A DNA stretch of 45,975 nt from Candidatus Methylomirabilales bacterium (lineage in GTDB: Bacteria > Methylomirabilota > Methylomirabilia > Methylomirabilales > CSP1-5). Shown one piece after another: positions 1 to 7,182 of this stretch. Below the pieces are notes generated by a model. That model saw only the letters and a program-made list of their open reading frames with translations. It ran no database searches and was not told the origin of the DNA. The stretch is from contig JBHIAH010000014.1 of NCBI GenBank assembly GCA_046758505.1, positions 1 to 45,975 on the forward strand. Reading direction: 5' to 3'. Position 1 is the stretch's first letter. Every line of letters begins with the position of its first letter. The position numbers and the translations under genes are program-made.

Positions 1-265
1 GCGCGAGGATCTCGGAGAGCGTCCGAAGAAGGGCCTGGGCATCTTCACATAGACCGTGAACACAAAGAAGGTGGATCGCCCGGAAGGTTTTTACCGCTTT
101 CGCGTAGAGACCTAAAACGACTGCGACGAATCCTATTTCCTTTTCCTTCAGTCGAACTTCGCTCTTGCCAGCCATCGCCAGTGCAAAGGCGAGAAGGTGG
201 TTACCGATTACCAGTCTTACCTCATACTCTGTTCCGGACAAGGCAGATTCCTCTCCCGGAAGCAT
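1..265 (-). CDS. Partial CDS running off the window start; DUF5677-like helical protein
   Basis: Not in the ORF track. Manual translation from ATG 265 (AAGGAG RBS upstream) gives MLPGEESALSG...LYAKAVKTFRAIHLLCVHGLCEDAQALLRTLSE, resembling the DUF5677 N-terminal pattern. Confidence 0.5.
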   Translation of the reverse strand, partial: MLPGEESALSGTEYEVRLVIGNHLLAFALAMAGKSEVRLKEKEIGFVAVVLGLYAKAVKTFRAIHLLCVHGLCEDAQALLRTLSEILA

Positions 266-389
266 GACAGCTCCTTTCACGGCAGAGTCAAGCAGAAACC
301 AGTATCATGGCCCCCGAATGGTCTCCAAGATTTTTCGGTAACGGAGTTCTTTGCCCCTGACAACCGGGGGCCTCATGGGAGTTAGATGT

Positions 390-1553
390 TTAATCGTCGG
401 CTGCCTCAAGCCGCTGAATAACCTCCACGATGAGCGTATCGGCCTCATTTGCTAGGCTCGCCCCCGCGGCAATCTCCCTGCTCAGTGTCGACAGAACTTC
501 AGTTACTCTTCGTCTTGCGCGATTAAATGGCGCCGTAAGCCGCGGCAGGCCTCCGACATTATCCCGCATGCCCTGAATGGACTGACCAGACTCCACCATT
601 ACCCGCCGCAGCTCCCGTACCTGGGCTAGATTGGAGTGCATTGGTTCGAGTATGCTCACGCCAAAGTCCGAAGCGATTCGGGAAATCATTTGTATTGCCC
701 AAAACCCCCGTGTGCTGGCCTCCTGGTAACCTTGAAGCTGACCTTCAAGGCGGGATGCGAATGCATTCATGCTTTCGGCAAGCGAGTTGACTATGCGTCT
801 GGCCCCACGGGTTTCTTCTGGATTGCGCTGGATATCCAGAGCCTGGATTTCGCTGGTTGCGGATTCGACCCTCTCGCCCAAATCGGTGATGTCGGTTGCA
901 AAACCAGTTGCGAGTTCCGAAAGAGTGGAGAATGCCTCATTGGCTTGATCAACAAGGTCAAAAAGGCCTAGCTCGTCATCATCCGCACCTGTGCGTTGTG
1001 GGGCCCGGTCCCGCGACTCACGAACGGGGGCCGGATGGACGCGGAGCGCTAGTCTCGTAAGGGCCATTCGAATGTTTTGTTCGAACGCTTCCGTCGTACG
1101 GAACTCGCGAACCAAGTCTTGCTGACGCAGAGATTCGCGGAAGCGGCGAACATGAAGAAGTTGCTGGGGGTCCACATCATACGGAAGGTCCGCCGTCTTA
1201 AAGTAGAAGAGGATATGCACGCTCTGATCGCGCGATTGTCGGTCTCTAGCCCGCTCGAATTCTTCTGCGGTTCCTGAGGCAGCGCGGGGAGTCGGGGTCC
1301 CGAACCGACCCCAAAGGATTCCAACGAAAATATCGTAGTCATCACCAATCTGACGATTCACGGCGTCCTGGGTGTCCGTGCCAGTCTCTGGGATGGTGTG
1401 AGTCTCCCACCGGAGCAACTCCAGATGTGCGGCGTTTGCTGGAGCGAGAGTTGCGTTCAGCTCTTGTACGACCTGATGAACACAGTCTCGCTCGGCACCG
1501 ACATCTGAAGGTGAGCCCACAAAAACTCTGAGGAGTCTACGTCCGTTCATCAT
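390..1553 (-). CDS. DUF4062 (NDT/TIR-like fold) domain protein with long helical C-terminus
   Basis: RVFVGSPSDV..ER, DIFVGILWGRFGTPT..SGTAEEF motifs; C-terminal ~190 aa helical/coiled-coil-like. Confidence 0.75.
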   Translation of the reverse strand: MMNGRRLLRVFVGSPSDVGAERDCVHQVVQELNATLAPANAAHLELLRWETHTIPETGTDTQDAVNRQIGDDYDIFVGILWGRFGTPTPRAASGTAEEFERARDRQSRDQSVHILFYFKTADLPYDVDPQQLLHVRRFRESLRQQDLVREFRTTEAFEQNIRMALTRLALRVHPAPVRESRDRAPQRTGADDDELGLFDLVDQANEAFSTLSELATGFATDITDLGERVESATSEIQALDIQRNPEETRGARRIVNSLAESMNAFASRLEGQLQGYQEASTRGFWAIQMISRIASDFGVSILEPMHSNLAQVRELRRVMVESGQSIQGMRDNVGGLPRLTAPFNRARRRVTEVLSTLSREIAAGASLANEADTLIVEVIQRLEAADD

Positions 1554-1559
1554 CCCATT

Positions 1560-1645
1560 GGAGGGAAATTGGGTCGGAGTCGAATTTCATTACTGCCCTT
1601 GTTCGACACCCGGACCGCCTCCAGCTTGAACTTCCGGGTGGAACC
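1560..1645 (-). repeat. ~90-bp element (IS3 orfA-like stub plus CGACTCCGACCCA); second copy at 41322-41410 (+)
   Basis: CACCCGGAAGTTCAAGCTGGAGGCGGTCCGG...CGACTCCGACCCA vs CACCCGCGAGTTCAAGCTTGAGGCGGTCCGG...CGACTCCGACCCA. Confidence 0.7.
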
Positions 1646-1716
1646 ACTCTATACTAAGGATTTATTTCGCATCGAGGTTGCGGCTTGTCCGCACCAGCTA
1701 CGTGTTAGGCGCGTAA

Positions 1717-2066
1717 TCACGGCTTGCCCTTACTTTGGCGCGCCTTTCTTAGCTCATCAGTCTTCGCCGGAGCGACATAAATCGAATACAGAAACTGCCA
1801 CGTGACCTCGCGTGCGTCACGAGCTTCTTGACGCGTGACTTTGTCGAGACCGTCATCCTGTACATGTGCGCCGTAGTTTCCGAACTGTCGGATCTCGTGC
1901 GCGCTGTTCTTAAGATCCTTGGTGATGAAGCCCTCCGCATGAAGGACGTCAATCAACGTATGAAGTGTGAGCGTACTGCCCTTAGCGTCTTTTGCCTTAG
2001 GTCCAAGCTTGTCGCAAGCAACCGCCTCAAGAACACGCCGACACATCACAACTACTGCCTTGATGA
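1717..2066 (-). pseudogene. 5'-truncated DUF4145 (HEPN-like) gene
   Basis: KAVVVMCRRVLE...LIDVL...EIRQFGNYGAH is typical of DUF4145. The recognisable region starts at the left TIR of the Y1 element; the upstream frame is TIR/antisense sequence. Confidence 0.7.
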
Positions 2067-2876
2067 AAAATGGGGACAGATTTATTTTCTTGACTGCCTC
2101 TGGTTGCCAGGATAGCGTTTTCTTGGAGATCATGTCATCGGTTTGCCGCCGTCGGGAGTCTCGCGATGCCGAGGGGTCCCCGCCCAGTTGTTCCAAGCAT
2201 CCCCCATCACGTGATCCATCGGGGTAATAACCGGCAGACCATCTTCTTCCAGGGGAAAGACTACGAGCGGTTCCTAATGATCCTCACGAAGGCGAAGCAC
2301 CTGCATCCGTGTCGGCTGTACGCCTACGTGTTGATGCCGAACCACGTTCATCTCCTCCTCGAACCGGTCACCCGAGATGGGCTAGGGAAATTCATGAAGG
2401 TGCTTGCCGGGCGATATACTCGGTACATTAACAGGGAATATCGGCGGACTGGAACCCTCTGGGAAGGCCGCTTTAAGAGCAGCCCGATACAGGCGGACGC
2501 ATATCTGCTCGCATGTTGCCGCTACATCGAACTGAACCCTGTCCGTCCCAGCTTAGTCGAGGCGCCGGAGGATTATCCGTGGAGCAGTTACCGGGTACGA
2601 GCCTTTGGAGACGAATCGCGTCTCGTAGACCTCGATCCATTGTACGAGGGGCTCGGGAGTACGGCTCTGCGCCGCCAACAACGTTATAGGGAGTGGATGA
2701 TGCGCACCGGCTTGGAGACCGAGCAGCAGACGTTCCGCCAAGGGGTGCAGAGGGGGACCGTGGTCGGCTCAGACACTTTCGGGGCGAAAGTTGCTGGGAT
2801 CATTGGCCAGCCGGTGACCCGCCGCAACCGAGGCCGCCCGCGCAAGGACGCTAGAAAATAAATCTGTCCCCATTTT
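2067..2876 (+). mobile_element. Y1 HUH (RAYT-like) transposase element with perfect 24-bp terminal inverted repeats (TIRtron-like)
   Basis: AAAATGGGGACAGATTTATTTTCT at 2067-2090 and its exact reverse complement at 2853-2876 flank the transposase. Confidence 0.85.
2166..2861 (+). CDS. REP-associated tyrosine transposase-like protein (Y1_Tnp)
   Basis: HHVIHRGNNRQTIF, YVLMPNHVHLL (HUH), LWEGRF, YIELNPV (catalytic Tyr), RGRPRK C-terminus; stop codon lies inside the right TIR. Confidence 0.92.
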   Translation: MPRGPRPVVPSIPHHVIHRGNNRQTIFFQGKDYERFLMILTKAKHLHPCRLYAYVLMPNHVHLLLEPVTRDGLGKFMKVLAGRYTRYINREYRRTGTLWEGRFKSSPIQADAYLLACCRYIELNPVRPSLVEAPEDYPWSSYRVRAFGDESRLVDLDPLYEGLGSTALRRQQRYREWMMRTGLETEQQTFRQGVQRGTVVGSDTFGAKVAGIIGQPVTRRNRGRPRKDARK

Positions 2877-2910
2877 CAGTCGTCAATAATTGAACTTATC
2901 CCCTTTTCCT

Positions 2911-3042
2911 CTCTAACGACCTGCCAATCAGCGGCTCGCCTGCGCGACGTGATGGTCGGCCGGAGACGACACGGTGACCCGAAAAGCCACGGGACCGTTG
3001 ATGAGGCTCGCGCAGGCGGGCCGCTGCATCGGCGGGTTAGGC
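2911..3042 (-). other. Integron attC recombination site downstream of the MOSC gene
   Basis: Minus strand GCCTAAC-ccgccgaTGCAGCGGcccgcctgcgcga...tcgcgcaggcgaGCCGCTGAttggcaggtc-GTTAGAG: RYYYAAC/GTTRRR cores enclosing a long imperfect palindrome. Confidence 0.8.
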
Positions 3043-3084
3043 CGCGCCATCGTCGAAGAGGACGTCCTCTACGACCGCTTGGGC

Positions 3085-3978
3085 TCAGGTGAGCGCCACG
3101 CGGTCACCTGTTCGCATCGTTCCCGGCGCTTCGACCACGGCGTACACGCCCGCGCAGGGGAACTGACCGGCATCGCCGACTTGAACCCTGTTGTGCCGAG
3201 TGAGCGTTCGGAGGACGTCGGTGTCCTTGGGTAGCTCGTCTTGAGCGAGCGTCGTCATCACGCATCGCGGATCGGGCAGGGCCACGTTGAGTCGTACCGC
3301 GTCACCGATCGCGAGCTCGTGGCCGATCCAGTCGTTCTCGACGAATCCAGCTTCTTTGGTGCCGACGATCACGTTCATCCGGAACCGGCGCTGGTCAAAG
3401 CGGCTCTGGGGTTGAAGCTCGCTCAGCTGCTCGAGGGTGGACGTGGTCAGGACGGACACCGGGAACAGATCGAAGAACGAACCGACGGGCACCGGGGAAG
3501 CAAGACCGGCTTCGGCGAAGAAGGCCGAGCCAAGCTTCTGTTCGACGACCGTGTCTCGGTGGCCTGCTGGGTCTAGATCCTCAACGTCGGGGTGGTACAT
3601 GTCGATGGTGAAGTCATCCGGCGCGGCCCGCCCCAGCGTGACGTCTCGTCGGAAGCACGTTGACAGCACGCGGTCGACCGTACTGGAGTCGCTCGTCACC
3701 GACGTGCCGTCCGGCAACGAAATCCGCACTGGTGGCACCTCGCGGCCTAGTCGTGGCGGCTCGACGAAAGCTGCCTGACAGCCGAACAGGTCAGGAAAAA
3801 GCCTCACGCTCTTCGCGCTCACCACCTTGCCTGTCTCCGCATCGATGAGCGCATAGGCACGGTCACCCACGAGACCTCGCGCAGTAAACTCCGCCTGCTC
3901 GAGCCGCTCGCCCCTCATGGACTTGACCGGGAACCTCCACAGCCCGGCCACAGAGCCGACTACTCCGCTCGTCGCCAT
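3085..3978 (-). CDS. MOSC domain-containing protein (YcbX-like)
   Basis: LWRFPVKSMRGE, GLVGDRAYAL, RRFRMNVIV, PRCVMT; AAGGAGG RBS. Confidence 0.9.
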   Translation of the reverse strand: MATSGVVGSVAGLWRFPVKSMRGERLEQAEFTARGLVGDRAYALIDAETGKVVSAKSVRLFPDLFGCQAAFVEPPRLGREVPPVRISLPDGTSVTSDSSTVDRVLSTCFRRDVTLGRAAPDDFTIDMYHPDVEDLDPAGHRDTVVEQKLGSAFFAEAGLASPVPVGSFFDLFPVSVLTTSTLEQLSELQPQSRFDQRRFRMNVIVGTKEAGFVENDWIGHELAIGDAVRLNVALPDPRCVMTTLAQDELPKDTDVLRTLTRHNRVQVGDAGQFPCAGVYAVVEAPGTMRTGDRVALT

Positions 3979-4049
3979 TTGTTCCTCCTTAGCAGCTCAT
4001 TTGGTATTCGTTCTTCGTCACGGCGCGCTGGGACCAAAAATGGGGACAG

Positions 4050-4378
4050 GAGGCTGTCCGATAAAAAGGTTTAGAACGGCTGTTGGCACTCATTCATGGA
4101 CGTAAAGGGTCCGAGTTGTACCTTGGTTCTCCACATCGATTCCGTCGGAGCTTTCACAAAAGAGGAAAGGGGGCTCTTCGCTACTCTTTTAGACCGGGGC
4201 GAAACGTTTCTCTTGAAGATGAGACGGCCTTGTGAGATAGGAAGCCAACTTTCTCAGATTGTGGCCAATGCACAGGAGCAGAAATTCCCCAAGAGCCCCT
4301 GCCTGACCCCGGCAGTGGAACTGGCGAAACCCCAAGTTGGATCTAAAGTGCCCAAAGACCGGTTCCACCAAGGCACAT
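4050..4378 (-). mobile_element. IS1182-family transposase C-terminal remnant with probable element end
   Basis: VEPVFGHFRSNLGFRQFHCRG...EFLLLCIGHNLRKL (4189-4371); candidate end sequence GGCTGTCCG at ~4052. Confidence 0.75.
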
Positions 4379-4486
4379 GAAAATGGGGGTCAGAGTCCAT
4401 TTTCTGTGCAGTAGCACGTTCCACACCCCCCGTACCCCCTGCACCTTCTGTACTTCCTGTACCCTGCCGCACGCTCTGCAGCGGAC

Positions 4487-5569
4487 CTAGGACCAGATCC
4501 CAGGGATTTTCGTGTGGCAGGCCGGGCAGGTCCCGTCCCGGGTCACGCGGTTTTCGGCCACGTGAAAGCCGAAGCGGGCGATAAGGGGATCCTTGCAGGT
4601 CGGGCAGTAGGTGTTTTCGTACTTCCACACCCGACCGGGGAGGTTGCCGGCGTAGACGTAGCGGAGCCCGGCCGCCTCGCCGATCCGAGCGGCCTTGAGC
4701 AGCGTCAGAGGAGGAGTATTGTCCGGGTCGGTCATCTTGTAGTCCTTGTGAAACGCCGTCACGTGCCACGGGATGTCAGGAGAAATTGAGACCAAAAACT
4801 CGGCAGCCCTCTGCATTTCGTCTTCCGAATCGTTCCACCCGGGAACGATCAGGGTCACGACCTCCATCCAGAACCCCATCGCATGGACCATCCGGATGGT
4901 GTCGAGAACGTGGTCTAGGACCCCCCCCAGATACCGATAGTTTTTCTGCGACATCGACTTGAGATCGATTTTGTACCCGTCGCACCACGGCCGGAGATAC
5001 GTGAGCACCTGCTCGGTGGCATTCCCGTTACTGATAAAGCAGGTCTTGAGCCCCGCCGCCCTGGCCTCCTGAAAGATCGCCACCGCCCACTCGGCGGTGA
5101 TCAGCGGCTCATTGTACGAGCTGCCCACAACCTGTGCCCCGGAGCGGAGGGCAAGGCCGACGAGCGCCTTCGGGGTGATCGGGTCGGGCCGTGCCCCCGC
5201 CGCCGGGTCCCGGAGGGCTTGCGAGGTGAGCCAGTTTTGGCAATACGGGCAGTGATAGTCACAACCGAGCATCCCGAAGGTCAGCGTATTCGATCCAGGC
5301 AAGAAGTGATAGAAGGGCTTCTTCTCGGTCGGATCGCACTGCAGGGCTGCAACGTAGCCCCACGGCACGGAAAGTGTTCCTTCCCTGTTGAACCGGACCT
5401 TGCAAATGCCTCGACGGCCCTCCCGGATAAGGCACCGGTGGCCGCAGGCGTAACAGCGGAGCGCATCATCCGGCAGCCGGTCGTAAAGCTCCGACGCCCC
5501 CTCCCGTGTCTGCCGGTCCAGCACGTCGGCCAAAGGGAGCACCTTGAGACCGTCGGATTTCAGAACCAT
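4487..5569 (-). CDS. amrS: AmmeMemoRadiSam system radical SAM enzyme
   Basis: CYACGHRC..GICKVR, DPTEKKPFYHF, GCDYHCPYCQNW (CxxxCxxC), YVYAGN, TYCPTC. Confidence 0.9.
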   Translation of the reverse strand: MVLKSDGLKVLPLADVLDRQTREGASELYDRLPDDALRCYACGHRCLIREGRRGICKVRFNREGTLSVPWGYVAALQCDPTEKKPFYHFLPGSNTLTFGMLGCDYHCPYCQNWLTSQALRDPAAGARPDPITPKALVGLALRSGAQVVGSSYNEPLITAEWAVAIFQEARAAGLKTCFISNGNATEQVLTYLRPWCDGYKIDLKSMSQKNYRYLGGVLDHVLDTIRMVHAMGFWMEVVTLIVPGWNDSEDEMQRAAEFLVSISPDIPWHVTAFHKDYKMTDPDNTPPLTLLKAARIGEAAGLRYVYAGNLPGRVWKYENTYCPTCKDPLIARFGFHVAENRVTRDGTCPACHTKIPGIWS

Positions 5570-5623
5570 ACCGCCACCCCAAGCATCTTCCCAAGATGAG
5601 TGTACCCGGGGGCCGGCGAGACT

Positions 5624-6589
5624 TCAAGCCCTCCCGCCAGCCGGATGACCCCCGGGCTCCTGAGCGAGCTGGAAGCCCACCTGCGCCAAGATCTCTTGAA
5701 AGTCGCCGGGGAGCGGCGCGGTGTTCTCGACCCGCGCCCCGGTCCGGGGATGGGCGAACGCGAGCCTCCAGGCGTGCAGAAGTTGGTGCGTCACCTTCCA
5801 GCGCGATTTGCGTTCTCGACGCCCCCCGTACAGCTTATCCCCGATCACCGGATGGCCTATCGCCGCCAGGTGGACCCGGATCTGGTGCGTGCGGCCAGTG
5901 GTCGGCCTCACCTCCACCAGACTGCACGCCGGAATCGACCGGAGCACGCGAAAGGTCGTCTCCGTCTCTCGTCCCTTTCGGGTCCGCACCCCCATCCGCT
6001 TCCGCTCGCGCTCCTGCCGCCCGATCGGCAGGGTGATCCTCCCCCGGGCCGCCGTGACCGCCCCATGGACCAGGGCCAGGTACGTCTTCTCCACCCGTCG
6101 GGCCTGAAACTGCCGACAGAGGGCGTGGTAGGCCATCTCCGTCTTGGCGACGACCAGGCATCCCGAAGTGTCTTTGTCGAGCCGGTGCACGATGCCGGGT
6201 CGCTCCCCCCCTCCGACCGCCGCCAACGCGGGGTAGCGGGAGAGGAGGGCATTGACGAGCGTTCCCCCGCGACGCCCCGCGCCGGGATGGACCACCAGGC
6301 CAGGAGGTTTATTCACCACCAGGAGGTCTTGGTCTTCATGCAAGAGATCAAGCGGGATGGACTCGGGCTCGATCCGGCGGGACTCCGGCGGGGGCACGTG
6401 CACAATGACCCGGTCCCGCGCCCGGACCCGATAGCTGGCCTTCCGGGCGTGGTCGCCGATCCGAACCCGTGCCTCACGAATCAGGCGTTGGACCACCGCC
6501 CGGGAGAGGCGGCTCGATTGAACCAAAAACCGGTCCAGACGCCACCCCGCCTCCCCGGGGGGGACCTCATACGTCCGGATCTCCACCAC
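5624..6589 (-). CDS. rluD: RluA-family 23S rRNA pseudouridine synthase
   Basis: S4-like RLDRFL, NKPPGLVVHP, VHRLDKDTSG, TGRTHQIRVH; follows lspA. Confidence 0.9.
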   Translation of the reverse strand: MVEIRTYEVPPGEAGWRLDRFLVQSSRLSRAVVQRLIREARVRIGDHARKASYRVRARDRVIVHVPPPESRRIEPESIPLDLLHEDQDLLVVNKPPGLVVHPGAGRRGGTLVNALLSRYPALAAVGGGERPGIVHRLDKDTSGCLVVAKTEMAYHALCRQFQARRVEKTYLALVHGAVTAARGRITLPIGRQERERKRMGVRTRKGRETETTFRVLRSIPACSLVEVRPTTGRTHQIRVHLAAIGHPVIGDKLYGGRRERKSRWKVTHQLLHAWRLAFAHPRTGARVENTAPLPGDFQEILAQVGFQLAQEPGGHPAGGRA

Positions 6590-6592
6590 AGC

Positions 6593-7069
6593 TCACCCGC
6601 GCCCCCGGTCCGTCAGAATCTCCACAAACATCAGGGCGACCCCCACCGTGATGGCGGAGTCTGCGAGATTGAAGGCGGGCCAGTGATACGTCCCATAGTA
6701 GAAGTCCAAAAAATCCACCACCATACCGAGACGGAGACGATCGATCAGGTTGCCGACGGCCCCGCCGAGGATGCAGGCGAGGGCCAGAGAGGGGAGGAGC
6801 CGCATGTGTCGGTGCTGCGACCGGTAATAGAGAATGAAGAGAACCGCCAGGACGGAAATTGCGGTAAAAAAGGGATTCCGAACCGCGGCGGGAGCACCCG
6901 CGAGGAAGCCAAAGGCGGCCCCGGGATTCAACACATACGTAAGATTGAAAAACGACGGGATAACGGGGATGATTTGCCCCAGGAGCAGCATCCCCTGCAC
7001 GAAAAACTTCGAGAGCTGATCCAGAACGACAATGGTGAGGGCAATCGAATAGAAAGACGTCGTTTTCAT
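6593..7069 (-). CDS. lspA: Lipoprotein signal peptidase II
   Basis: LDQLSK, NPGAAFG, GAVGNLIDRL, VVDF, WPAFNLADSAI. Confidence 0.96.
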   Translation of the reverse strand: MKTTSFYSIALTIVVLDQLSKFFVQGMLLLGQIIPVIPSFFNLTYVLNPGAAFGFLAGAPAAVRNPFFTAISVLAVLFILYYRSQHRHMRLLPSLALACILGGAVGNLIDRLRLGMVVDFLDFYYGTYHWPAFNLADSAITVGVALMFVEILTDRGRG

Positions 7070-7182
7070 AGTTTAGAGTTGAGAGTTGAGGGTTGAGGGT
7101 GCAGAGCAGGTCCCTGAGAACCGATTATCGATTGCCGCGAGAATCCGGACTTCGACCGTCACCATGAACGCTGAACCATACA

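Noticed and set aside
2067..2196. N-terminal 43 aa of the 1717..2196 ORF
   Set aside because: Read from the TIR and the antisense of the transposase start; not part of the DUF4145 protein.
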